Positions 1 through 10,308 of a DNA stretch of 64,000 bases are shown here, in pieces. Origin of the DNA: a virus (taxonomy: Duplodnaviria > Heunggongvirae > Uroviricota > Caudoviricetes); IMG/VR virus record IMGVR_UViG_3300028048_000043; one strand, written 5' to 3'. A program made the translations under genes and the position numbers. How positions within the stretch are numbered: the first letter of the stretch is position 1; the number at the start of each line of letters is the position of its first letter. The notes below the pieces were generated by a model. That model had not been told where the DNA came from, did no database searches, and worked only from the letters and a program-made list of their open reading frames with translations.

Positions 1-54
1 GTACATATCTCTTTCGTAATCAGTCATATTATTTCTCCTTTCTTGTTTCTTATG

Positions 55-264
55 TTAATCTTCACTTGCGATTGCTTTTTGATATAGTTCCGCATTGTCT
101 GTATCTTGTAGTTCGCACTTTCCGGCAATCAGAACTGGGCAGTATTCATCACACCCACCAACCATTCCGTATGCCTCGCAGTCTGTCAAAATGCCATTCG
201 GCATTCCGTCGTCTACTTCTGCGAGTGTATGACCCAAAGCCAATTTGTCGTAATTAGGTATCAT
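55..264 (-). CDS. hypothetical protein, 69 aa, Cys-rich
   Basis: ORF overlapping the upstream stop in a minus-strand operon. Confidence 0.6.
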   Translation of the reverse strand: MIPNYDKLALGHTLAEVDDGMPNGILTDCEAYGMVGGCDEYCPVLIAGKCELQDTDNAELYQKAIASED

Positions 265-452
265 ATTCTATTTCTATTTCTCATTTTTGCTTTTAATCCA
301 AGTTCGTAGAAGTGGCGGGCGATTGACCTTCCAACAATACCATTTACGAGTTTTGAATACACAGGGTCTGACTCGACAAACTCTATATATTCTTTCTCAA
401 AATCAACCTCCGGCTGATCCTGTTCAATTTTTGTGTGATTGTTGCGTGCCAT
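261..452 (-). CDS. hypothetical protein, 63 aa (MARNNHTK...)
   Basis: Start moved to ATG 452; the longer ORF overlaps the 312-aa gene. Confidence 0.55.
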   Translation of the reverse strand: MARNNHTKIEQDQPEVDFEKEYIEFVESDPVYSKLVNGIVGRSIARHFYELGLKAKMRNRNRI

Positions 453-1362
453 GTTGTGTTTTGATATATTTTTTATAATTCTCAGCCTTTTTCTTCTCGG
501 CTTCCGTAATCTTTTCCTCAAGCACATCCTTTTCACATTTAACACACTCGCACATTCTGTCATACGAATGCACCACAACAATCTTTCCAGACTCTATCAT
601 ACCCCTGATGTCCCAGTCGAACTTATCGCTGTAATGCCTGGCGTATACGTTGTTCAGCATATAGTCGAAATCTCTTTCGCTTATCCTTATCGTATTCCTG
701 TATTTGTCTGACATCAGATAAACGGCTTCGCCTTTATCGTTCATGCATTGCATGAATGCCCTCGGCATCCTATTGTATATATAAACCACGCCGTCCATCG
801 CAACATTGCCTCCGCAGAAGAACCCGACGGTTCCGCCCGTTCCAGCCATATCCTTTTCAAACACGAAATCTTTCACGACGGATCCGAACCTGTCATAAAT
901 CACTATCCTCTTCCCAGCTACGCCGGAGCCGTGCTCATACCCGTCGATTTGATTCCTGAGCAGGGAATACAGATACGTGTTGAACATATACATACAATCA
1001 TATCCGTTCTCTATGTCGGCGATTTTTATCTTGCCTCCGTTATAAATGTTAATTATAGGGATAACTTTACAAATTTTACCGAAAGCGTTCCCTACTTCGC
1101 CGCAAGACAGTATGTCATATACGTTCATCAGTGGTGTGACGAATTCCCCTCCGTTGTCCGTCATGTAGTTGTAGTCCATGTTCACTGAGAACGCGGAGAA
1201 TTCCCTTGCGTCATCCTGATTGTCACCAAGACGAATATTCACAATGCTCCCATTGCTGAAATAATCCGTCACATAAAGATATTTCTTTTCATGTTCATCA
1301 TCCAAGAAGACGGAAATTCTGATGATATATTTTGCTCCGGTTATGAATCTGCCTTTTTCCAT
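424..1362 (-). CDS. hypothetical protein, 312 aa
   Basis: Long ORF with an A-rich start; no motif recognised. Confidence 0.8.
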   Translation of the reverse strand: MEKGRFITGAKYIIRISVFLDDEHEKKYLYVTDYFSNGSIVNIRLGDNQDDAREFSAFSVNMDYNYMTDNGGEFVTPLMNVYDILSCGEVGNAFGKICKVIPIINIYNGGKIKIADIENGYDCMYMFNTYLYSLLRNQIDGYEHGSGVAGKRIVIYDRFGSVVKDFVFEKDMAGTGGTVGFFCGGNVAMDGVVYIYNRMPRAFMQCMNDKGEAVYLMSDKYRNTIRISERDFDYMLNNVYARHYSDKFDWDIRGMIESGKIVVVHSYDRMCECVKCEKDVLEEKITEAEKKKAENYKKYIKTQHGTQQSHKN

Positions 1363-1396
1363 CGTATATTATTTTAGTTTAATATAGTTTTCATTA

Positions 1397-1606
1397 TCAT
1401 AGTTTGTTCTTGATTGAATCATAATATTCGTCAATCGTTTTGTATCGGTAAGGGCTCATCGGACCAAGAGCATCCCCGACATAGACGGCGTCTTCAGGAT
1501 CACCTTGAAAGACGGGACCGTATTTTATATAGAGCCCGTATGTAACACCGTTCTCATGATCACTGAGATATTTCTTGACGGCGTTTATTTTTTCTTCCTT
1601 CGTCAC
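1397..1606 (-). CDS. hypothetical protein, about 69 aa (GTG start, MTKEEKINAV...)
   Basis: Lies downstream of a minus-strand TATATTTG box at 1652-1659; start uncertain. Confidence 0.5.
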   Translation of the reverse strand: MTKEEKINAVKKYLSDHENGVTYGLYIKYGPVFQGDPEDAVYVGDALGPMSPYRYKTIDEYYDSIKNKL

Positions 1607-2106
1607 GTTCAATACATTTAAAATATAAAAGGCGTAAAATATTCTACGATGCAAATATACAGTAATTTTTTCAGATTTAAAAACATAGGTACAACAAATT
1701 ACTTGAAATGTTATAAATGTTATGCAGGATGTTATGGATACAATGCTTATAATATATGTAATATATGGATAACATGAATGAAATTTCTTGTGTTTTTGTG
1801 AAATTTTCCAGAGATTTCCATTTTCTTCCACTATATTACACCAGGATCACCGACTAAGAATATATTTGCAATTCTGATGAAATTTGCAAAGAAAGAGATT
1901 TTTGTCTAGAATGACAAAGAAGGAAGTGTAAGTTGTTGATTGTGAGAGATGTTTAATGAAAGAGATTTTGCTATAATGAAAAACGGCAAAAATTTAAAAA
2001 ATCGTCAATTTTTTGAAAAATGTGCCTTAGAAGTGTGTAGAATGGCGATTTTTTGCCAAATATTATGAATAAGGGTGAAATGGAATCTGGGATATAGTGT
2101 ATTAAA

Positions 2107-2176
2107 CCCCTCCCCTCCCAGACCCTCCTACAGACCCCCCAAAATACCCCCTCTCCCGACCCCTATTTCCGACCCC
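2107..2176 (-). other. tandem G-quadruplex-forming tract (G-rich on minus strand)
   Basis: Minus strand reads GGG-TCT-GGG-A-GGGG-A-GGGG (2107-2125) and GGGG-TC-GGG-AGA-GGGGG-TATTTT-GGGGGG (2135-2163); both fit G3+N1-7 x4. Confidence 0.7.
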
Positions 2177-2766
2177 ATTTTTCTTCGCCGCTCCCGACCC
2201 GCGACTCGAACCGTGACGATCGAAAATAATTGCGCCGCAATTATTTTCCTGTCTACATCATCGTCGCCTGGAAACGAATCCGATTTCTCTACCGAGTTCG
2301 CTAACGCATTTGCTACTGAAATTACTTCGGACGAGAAGTCTGAAGCATGGACAGTAAAATAATTGCGCCGCAATTATTTTTGCATGCATCAACCCGGGCG
2401 GCTCAAGATTTTCATCAGCCTTTTCGACAGCCATTTTCTCGCAAGCACCTGCTGTCAACCACCCGTATCCTCCCTGTATCCCCCAGTCTCCAACAGCCAA
2501 TAATTGCGTGGCAATTATCGCTCGACCCCGTCGTCAGATGGTCATCGAGCGATTTCATTTCACTAATTTATCACATCACGTGGATACTGTACTCCGGATC
2601 GCTCACATCCGGATAATTGCGTGGCAATTATTTGCCTATCCCCCGCCGCGAGCATCTCGTGCGAGCCGTATATCAAGAAAGTTACAACAAATTTCATCAA
2701 ACCTCTTGCTTTATTCAAAACTTTTCGCTATCTTTGTATCAGTTAAAGGAAAAGAAACATCACGTT

Positions 2767-2991
2767 ATGGATTACAAGTTCAAAATAGGCGACATTGTCC
2801 GCTTCAAGGAAGACAAACCCCACAATCTTCTCCCTATGAAGATAAATTCCATAGTGAATCCCGGAGATTGTCTTCCGAACGGAAAGGAAATCAACAATTC
2901 CGGCCAGCCTATTTATATTATGACAGCGCAGAGCGTACATTTCTTCGGAATAGACTTCTATGGTACCGAGAGTTCACTTATGCCAATATAA
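2767..2991 (+). CDS. hypothetical protein, 74 aa (KFKIGDIVRF, possible KOW/SH3-like barrel)
   Basis: Own promoter (2729) and terminator. Confidence 0.8.
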   Translation: MDYKFKIGDIVRFKEDKPHNLLPMKINSIVNPGDCLPNGKEINNSGQPIYIMTAQSVHFFGIDFYGTESSLMPI

Positions 2992-3025
2992 AATCAGGCA
3001 ATATCATCCAATAGTACATTTTTCG

Positions 3026-3061
3026 GAATCCTTCGTTGTGAAACGAGGGGTTTCTTTTTTT
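3026..3061 (+). terminator. intrinsic terminator
   Basis: GAATCCTTCG-ttgtgaaa-CGAGGGGTTTC followed by a T-tract. Confidence 0.8.
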
Positions 3062-3628
3062 GTTGTCCAATGATATTGCTCAGAAGCCTCGCATCTCCTT
3101 GATACAGAAATAATTGCGCGGCAATTATTTGGGGGCTGAGACGTCCATATTTCATTGGACACTGGTGATGTCCGAATACGAGTTCCGTTGATGAAGTCAT
3201 CGTCAATAAGAGTGCCGGTCATCGCCTGCGCGGATAATTGCACGGCAATTATTCAGCCATGGGAGGCAGGAAGGAGATGAGGACTCTGATTCATGTGCGT
3301 TGCCAAAGTGTCAGTCGTGGGATGTCAATCTGGCAGGTGCGTCTGGGGATAATTGCGCGGCAATTATTTCCCTGGTAGACCGTTGGATGAACCTGGGTTA
3401 GCAATCAACTCGTCTCGTGAAGAAGATGATTGGTCTGACGAAATGTATGACGAAGATGTCTGACGCTGCACGAGTGGATAATTGCGCGGCAATTATTTTC
3501 CCATGTGACGGCGCATACCCTGGTTGCGCGGCTGGAGGTTGTATGAAAAAAGTTTGAAGAAATTTTAGTTGGGTATTGTTTATATCAAAATAAAGTGTTA
3601 TATTTGTATCAACAAAAAAGGAAATGCT

Positions 3629-3940
3629 ATGAATGAAAAAGAAATCAAATCGGTATTTGACCGCGTTTTCAACGGATTGCCTAATCCTATGTTCCCCCAC
3701 CCTTATAAGTATTTCGAGCACAAGGGCTATCTCTGCGAGTGCGCGAGTTCGGAATCGGAGTACGAGTGTGCGGAGTATGTGAGGAAAAACCTGCACAAGA
3801 CACCGCTTGCCATTTTCGGAATGGCTTTTGCTGATTGCGGAAAAGCACTTACTGTGCTGACGGCTGACGGGGAACCGACACCTTTCGGTGGCCCTTTCAG
3901 GACGGAACAGGAATTTGAAGCCTTGCTTGCCGAAATATAG
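3629..3940 (+). CDS. hypothetical protein, 103 aa
   Basis: Own promoter (3599) and terminator. Confidence 0.8.
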   Translation: MNEKEIKSVFDRVFNGLPNPMFPHPYKYFEHKGYLCECASSESEYECAEYVRKNLHKTPLAIFGMAFADCGKALTVLTADGEPTPFGGPFRTEQEFEALLAEI

Positions 3941-3968
3941 AATTCTCTCGGTTAGTTTAGTAGTGTTT

Positions 3969-4004
3969 GAAACTCTGTGCCTTATGGTGCGGAGTTTCTT
4001 TTTT
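3969..4004 (+). terminator. intrinsic terminator
   Basis: GAAACTCTG...CGGAGTTTC followed by a T-tract. Confidence 0.8.
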
Positions 4005-4555
4005 GTATTCCGACTATCTTGAGTGTGATGATGCCCGTATCCGCCATCTGCGGAAGTAAAATAATTGCGGGGCAATTATTGATGACGTCTCATCTCAAGT
4101 GCTTCAGAATGAGGCACATAACGGTTGTGATGATTTCATACCCACTGCTGTCGTCGCGATCATGAGTCGAGCGATAATTGCGTGGCAATTATTTCGTTCC
4201 GGAGAGCTGGAAGCGATCCATAGAATTTGGGTTTTGCAAAAATTATTCTTATCGTTGTAACGGAAAGAAACTCGGAGAGAAAGTCGTACTCTGATGTTGG
4301 CCGGGAAAATAATTGCGCCGCAATTATCTGCCGCAGCGCTCAGGAAGGTGAGCCTATTTTAGGCATATGTTCAGGTTGATGATGATTGGCTTGAGACCAA
4401 TGGCGCCTTTAGCCGATTCGGATAATTGCGCCGCAATTATTGATGACACGTGAAGCCCGACGTCTGTGTCGAACGTCATCGTTATAGAAAGAAATCTCTA
4501 TAGAAAATTTTTTATATAGTTTGGAAATTTAAAAACAATTCCCTATCTTTGCATT

Positions 4556-4665
4556 GGATGAAGAACGAAAGTTCTCGCCCCCCCTCATAAGTTGGTGGTT
4601 GGTGTCCATAGCATTTTTCAAGTTTCGTTTGAACCCTGCGCTAAGAGAGCGTGGGGTTCGTTTTT
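4556..4665 (+). ncRNA. candidate small RNA of about 110 nt
   Basis: TATCTTTGCA promoter at 4544, GAAC-GAAA-GTTC hairpin, only a 10-codon ORF, terminator at 4631-4665. Confidence 0.5.
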
Positions 4666-5644
4666 ATATACACGTTGTGCGAAGTATTAGTTCTCCTGGA
4701 GGAGGCGGGGACCACGAGTGAATAATTGCGGAGCAATTATTTTTATAACTGAGTCAGGCTGAGGATGTTAAGTCAGGTGTCTTCAACAAAAGCATTAGAT
4801 GATGACAAGTACTCTACTCATTCTGAAGCACTTGAGATGAGACGTCATCAATAATTGCGGCGCGATTATTTTTTCACGAAGAAGGCAAACCCTGTACTTT
4901 TTGAAGATTTTTGTCTTTTCTTTCACTTTTGTAATCAATTGATAATAATATAGTTACAAGGGAGGTTTTACCAGATTTTGGGCGGTAGCCAGACTCGTCC
5001 GATCTAATAATTGCTCCGCAATTATTTCGGGTGGACGAAGCCCGACTCTGAGGTCGAGTTCATACCGCATCGTATGGTGTCCTCACAGAATTTCTTGAAA
5101 TTTATTTGTATAGTGCAAGAAATTGTCGTATCCTTGTACTGGGAGGAAGTTGAATAATTACGTCGCAATTATTTCCCTGATGGTGAACCGGCTGACGCTG
5201 AGGATAGCAGTCCTCTTTGGCAGGAGTACATCGATGAAGAAAGGGAAGTTCTCCTGGAAGAACAGACATGGTCGATTCGATAATTGCGGGGCAATTATTT
5301 AACGGGCAAGCGTTCGGGACCTTTCTCTTCACATCACATCGCTCAACCTATGCCTGAAATAGGCTCACCTTCGAGCATGGCGATCCAAATAATTGCGCGG
5401 CAATTATTGATGACCGACGTCTGGGACCTGAGCCAGAATTAGGCATATGTTCGGATTGCCCAAACGATTTCCCACTCGTGTGGTATCGACATGGACCGCA
5501 AAATAATTGCGCCGCAATTATTTTCACATGGCAGCGTGCCCAACGATGGTGGACATCAGTGGTAAAATAGTTTCGGTTTTTCTTGTTTATATCAGAATTT
5601 TTTTGTAACTTTGAAAAAGTTAAAGAAATAAAATACAATAAGTT

Positions 5645-5809
5645 ATGACAAAATCAAAGTGCATCGCAAAAGGGTGTCCGTTTTACAAACCTGCGCATTG
5701 GGGATTTTACCACGGACAGCCGAAATACATTGACGCGTGCTGCCGCCAACTCGACATATTCATAAAGAATTTGTCAACTTGTCCGATAGAACCAAAACAA
5801 AAACGATAA
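5645..5809 (+). CDS. small Cys-rich protein, 54 aa (MTKSKCIAKGCPFY...)
   Basis: Not in the ORF track; follows promoter 5606 and precedes the next gene by 4 bp. Confidence 0.6.
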   Translation: MTKSKCIAKGCPFYKPAHWGFYHGQPKYIDACCRQLDIFIKNLSTCPIEPKQKR

Positions 5810-5813
5810 CATT

Positions 5814-6131
5814 ATGGAAACAAAAATTCTCGGTTACAATGATGAAAACCAGCAGACTATTGAAATCCGAATTACGAAAAGCAAGTACCCTTTGCTTTGG
5901 GAACGCAAGGTAAAGGAACTCACCCAGCAGGGATTGAGCGAAAGCGATGCCGAAAGGATACTTGGGGATTGGGTTGTAACGCTTGACCTTTACTACGAAA
6001 TCGGTAGCGGATTGTTCGCAGTTGAAACTGATGCGGTTGAAAGCGGTGCTATCCACTCTCCGTACTCAAACTCCGACATAGTGCCAGCAGATATGCAAGA
6101 CCAAATCCCTTCCGATGCGGTAATCATATAA
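5814..6131 (+). CDS. hypothetical protein, 105 aa
   Basis: ORF followed by a terminator at 6152-6186. Confidence 0.8.
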   Translation: METKILGYNDENQQTIEIRITKSKYPLLWERKVKELTQQGLSESDAERILGDWVVTLDLYYEIGSGLFAVETDAVESGAIHSPYSNSDIVPADMQDQIPSDAVII

Positions 6132-6319
6132 ATTCACGTAGTAGTGCTTTTGAAAATCCTCGCCTTGTGGTGGGGATTTTCTTTTTGACTTGAGTAGAGT
6201 GGCAGTGACTGCCGATCGTGCCATGGCTAAATAATTGCGCGGCAATTATTCCCTGTATCCGGATCGCGTCGTACTTCAGAGTTTTGGATCTGTTTTGTGA
6301 AATAAATACTATGTGAAGT

Positions 6320-6526
6320 TCAATAAAGTATAAAGAAGTCAATAAAGTTTTCAAGCTTACATAATAAATAAAGTCAATAAAAATTTCAAAAAGTTTTGCA
6401 TTAAATAAAGTCAATAAATTCCCCAGAAAATTTTAGAAAGTTTTAAGCTTTTTATTTCAATAAAGTTTTAGAGATTTTTCATTAGTTTATTTTGCAGATT
6501 TAGTCTTCGGAGAAATTCAATAAAGT
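6320..6526. repeat. six TCAATAAA(GT) direct repeats in a very AT-rich non-coding tract
   Basis: Copies at 6320,6339,6374,6411,6457,6517. Confidence 0.75.
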
Positions 6527-6815
6527 TAAAAAATTATAAGCTTACATATTTAAGATACCAGCTTGCTCTCTCCGAGGACGAGTTGGCTTTGCATTTTATT
6601 TTTTAAGCTCAAACATCTTATTGGTACCGAGAGAAGATGATGTCCATCGGAACTGTTCCTTAGTATTGGCGTACAGAAATAATTGCGCGGCAATTATTTT
6701 AGCATGCCTCCGGAACGACGACTCGTGGTCAGCCGAGTACCATAATATGCATAAACAAAATCCCCCACCTAAGTATGGGCGAGGGAAGTTTCGTGGGTTG
6801 AAAGAGAGAGTTGGA

Positions 6816-6983
6816 TTATGATTCGAGTGCAAGCACTACATCGAGTGGTTCTTTCGGATTGAGTGATACGAGGTGGTCGAGGATTTCATCGTAATCTCCA
6901 TAGTGACCTGCCATTAGTCTTCCGTAAAATCCCTGTGACATAGCAAGTGATTTGATTGTGTTGTGGATTTGTTCGCGGTTCAT
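6816..6983 (-). CDS. hypothetical protein, 55 aa (LAMSQGFYGRL)
   Basis: Not in the ORF track; promoter at 7045-7052 and an A-rich start. Confidence 0.75.
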   Translation of the reverse strand: MNREQIHNTIKSLAMSQGFYGRLMAGHYGDYDEILDHLVSLNPKEPLDVVLALES

Positions 6984-7696
6984 TTTTCTATTTCGTTTAT
7001 TGAGTTTGACAATAGCGCTTGTTGTTTTATTCCTTTAACTGATACAAAGGTACAAAATGTTTTTCATATAAACAAGAGGGTTCAGAATTATTTTTTAACT
7101 AATTACAACAATACTGATGATACTGTTGGCCGCGGCGTCCTCCAGTAAATAATTGCGCGGCAATTATTGGATCGACCATGTCCCGATTGACGTCACTCGG
7201 CAGTTGAGTTCAGCAGTCTGCTGTCGCCTCTACATCATCGCCTGCGGGCTGCACAGCACATAATTGCGCCGCAATTATTTGGATCGCCATGATGTCCTGC
7301 GCTGGTTGACCATTGTCGGTGGGCGGATAACAAAAAGAAAAAGGGACACCTTATCGGTATCCCTTTGTGGGCGCGGCAAGCACATAGAAAATTAAGCGCC
7401 CTAATAGTTAAAGAAATAAATCCTGCATAGAAAGCAGGTATAGGTCTATCCTAATTCGGCTACATCTACATATCCTATCTCTCGCGTGACATCTCCGTAG
7501 TATATCCGTAGTTGTTTTTGTCTATAATAAACAATGACAACATACCATATTTATTTCATTCTTCAAGGTAGATAACGCAAACTCTCCGTGAGCTGATGAA
7601 CTCTTTCTGAATTTTTTCAGTCAGTGTAAGCATAGCGTTTCGTTTTTTATCCAATGCAAATATAAGGAAATTTCCTTATATTTCCAAATTATAACT

Positions 7697-7915
7697 CTAA
7701 TATTCCATAATGCCGGAAACATATTCCTCTATGAACTCCCTTACATCAATGTCGTTCGTGAGGTCGCAGTCTTCCCTGTGTATGCAGAAATCATCGTGCC
7801 TGTCTTCGTTCTGGTTGAGGTAAATCTCGCAGTAGTATCCACCTTCGTTTGGATCCACATCTTTTATGGCGTGTACCCACACCTTTGTTCCTCTGCCGGT
7901 AGTTGCTCTAACCAT
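7697..7915 (-). CDS. hypothetical acidic protein, 72 aa
   Basis: Promoter at 7938-7945. Confidence 0.75.
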   Translation of the reverse strand: MVRATTGRGTKVWVHAIKDVDPNEGGYYCEIYLNQNEDRHDDFCIHREDCDLTNDIDVREFIEEYVSGIMEY

Positions 7916-8209
7916 AATGCATTTTCTTTTCTCAAAACAAAGGTAGGAATTATTTCGGAATAAAACAAGGATTTTCTTCAAAATATTTCAAGGAATTTTA
8001 TGAGAAATAATATGAGAAATAATGTCAAAAAATAATCCGAGTTTCTTGAGAAGATCGGCTCCACTGTTCCGGGTGAAATAATTGCGCGGCAATTATTTTG
8101 GCATGCTCGATGGGCCCTCTTGGTTGCCCACCGTATGTCCGAGGTGGAAATAAAAAAGACCACCCCAAGTTTGGGGCAGTCTTCTATCCGTGTTGTGAAA
8201 GTGGTGTTG

Positions 8210-8752
8210 TCAGTCTTCGTTGAAGTAGTTTCCGTAAGGGGTGTCAGGAGTGAGGTCTTTGAACTGCAACTTGCGTACTGGCGGCTGTCCGTCAAAGTAG
8301 GTGTTGTATATTCTAATGGCATCGTCTTCGTTGAGGTCTCCGTCTTCGTACTGGTCGCAGTCTTGATAAAACTCGTTGACAAACTCTGGATTGTTTGCGT
8401 ATTCAGCGCAGAAATCGTTAAGCCCCATACAAGCCCAAGTCAGCTCGATATTCTTGTAGTCGGGGTCTCCCTTGTAAAGATAGCCGAGAATGTGAATGAC
8501 TTTGTTTCCGTTCGGGTCGTAGTAGATTTGATAAAAATCCCCAGTGACGGCTTTCGTGATAGGAGCGTTCGCTTCGTGAACTTCGTAGTTCCACGAAAGT
8601 CCTGCACCTTTAAGGAATCCGTATGCAATACTGCTCGCTTCTTCCTTTGTATCCGCCTTGATGTCAAGGGTTACTGGAACTTCCGTTTCCTTTCCATCGA
8701 TGTGGATTGTCGCTTTTGCGGCAACGATGAATTGTTTGAGTTCTTTTTCCAT
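8210..8752 (-). CDS. hypothetical protein, 180 aa
   Basis: Promoter at 8775; terminator near 8152-8181. Confidence 0.85.
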   Translation of the reverse strand: MEKELKQFIVAAKATIHIDGKETEVPVTLDIKADTKEEASSIAYGFLKGAGLSWNYEVHEANAPITKAVTGDFYQIYYDPNGNKVIHILGYLYKGDPDYKNIELTWACMGLNDFCAEYANNPEFVNEFYQDCDQYEDGDLNEDDAIRIYNTYFDGQPPVRKLQFKDLTPDTPYGNYFNED

Positions 8753-9079
8753 AATGTTATTTCTTTAACTATTACAAAGATAGTGATTTTCAACGAGAAA
8801 AACAAATGTTTCTGATATGAAATTTCATTTATTTGTTGAGGCGATTGCCCACAGATGAGGAGAGTGGCAGCACAGGTAATAATTGCGGCGCAATTATTTT
8901 TATGGCCCATGTCGAGTCCGCCGTCGATCGCTCTGGTGCCTTCGAGTCTCGCACAGGTAATAATTGCCGCGCAATTATTTGCCGCGCCCAGACGCCGTCG
9001 CCTCCTTGCCCAGTGCGGTGGTAAAAAAAAAGGACTGACAAATTGTCAGCCCTTTGTGTCTTGTGTGTCAGTCGCGGTG

Positions 9080-9949
9080 TTAGGCGGCAAAGAGTTTCTG
9101 TGCCTTGCCACGAAGTTTCTCGTAGCATTGCAGTCTTATCTGGCGCACCCTTTCGGCACTGCAACCGATAATCTCCGCTATCTGCTTGTCGTCCCTCTCA
9201 ATCCCGTCAGTCATACCGACCGAGAGTTCAAGGATTTTCCTGTCCCTTTCGGAGAGTGTGGAAAGCAGGCGGTCAAGGTTGTAGGCGGTGCTTTCCCTCT
9301 CTATCTCAATCTCCACCTCGTTCCTGCTTGCGGTCATAACTGCGATTTCTCCGCTTTCCTCAACGGTAGTACCGTCCTCGTCAATCGTGTTGTTGATTGA
9401 AGTGATTTTGTGGGTGCGAACATCCGAGCCAATCTTCGCCACATCCCTTCCGATTTCCGCGTTGATTGCATCCACAATCTCGTCATCGGTCATATACCTG
9501 CCGTTCTCTGCGAAGTATTTGTCCTGCATACGGCTTGCCCTCGCAGAAAGTCTGCAACCGACTTTGTTGCGTACGGTCTGCCCGTTTGCATCGTAGTATT
9601 CGCTGATTTCCTCGCGCATCCAGTGAACGGCATAGGAAAGAAAACGGAAACCCTTTGTGGGGTTGAAGTCCTGCATTGCGCGAATCATACCGATAGCGGC
9701 GCAGGAAATAAGGTCGTCCACATCGTTTCCCCTTGCGAACTTTGATGCAAGAGAATAGATGAAGCGCAGGTTGTGGTTCACGAGAGAATCCTTTGCGCTC
9801 TCGTCTCCCTCGCGCTGATAGCGGTCGATAAGTGCAAGTTCTTCCTCTGCGGAAAGAGTGGTGTACCGCTTTGCTTCCATAAGGAAAGCGTCAGTTGTGC
9901 GTGTGCGTGCCTTGATGCTGGTCTTGCAGACATTGATTGTTCGTGCCAT
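9080..9949 (-). CDS. RNA polymerase sigma-70 family factor (RpoD/sigma-ABfr-like, no region 1.1)
   Basis: Region 1.2 (LSAEEELAL), region 2 (NLRFIYSLA...GMIRAMQDFNPTKGFRFLSYAVHWMR), region 4 (LSERDRKIL...IAEIIGCSAERVRQI). Confidence 0.95.
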   Translation of the reverse strand: MARTINVCKTSIKARTRTTDAFLMEAKRYTTLSAEEELALIDRYQREGDESAKDSLVNHNLRFIYSLASKFARGNDVDDLISCAAIGMIRAMQDFNPTKGFRFLSYAVHWMREEISEYYDANGQTVRNKVGCRLSARASRMQDKYFAENGRYMTDDEIVDAINAEIGRDVAKIGSDVRTHKITSINNTIDEDGTTVEESGEIAVMTASRNEVEIEIERESTAYNLDRLLSTLSERDRKILELSVGMTDGIERDDKQIAEIIGCSAERVRQIRLQCYEKLRGKAQKLFAA

Positions 9950-10308
9950 AGTTGGTAAGTGTTTAGATGTTTTATTGTTTTTTTAACTACTGCAAAGGTA
10001 ATAATAATTTTTGAACTTACAAATATATATACGGATTAAATAACAAATTCTTTCAAAAAATTTTCACTTTTTTATCATTGCCTTGCATACCTTATAATAA
10101 CGAATAGTGTGCCAGTGAGACAAACCTGACAAATTGGCAGACTTGATGATACCCTGATGACCAGCCAAGTCGCGACTCGCATGGCAGAATAATTGCGCCG
10201 CAATTATCTTTACCCGGCTCTGGCGTTTGGATCCATTGGACAGTATATACCGGGAAACAAAAAAGGCTGACATAAAGCCAGCCCTTTCATAATGTGTTCG
10301 GTGTTGTA

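Noticed and set aside
2226-5521. CRISPR array
   Set aside because: The repeat is only 19-25 bp and fully palindromic. Spacers are 90 bp to several kb and contain whole genes. Flanks are reused. No cas genes or leader in the window.
7400-7633. Minus-strand gene after promoter 7657 (MLTLTEKIQ...)
   Set aside because: It stops after 25 codons and the downstream frames are discontinuous; a possible pseudogene, but no supportable CDS.
2075-8910. Track ORFs containing IIAAQLF, NNCAAII or MRRNY (e.g. 2128-2373, 2258-2500, 3398-4075, 5102-5332, 8855-9400)
   Set aside because: These are translations of the palindrome across non-coding spacers or antisense to real genes; no promoter or start context.
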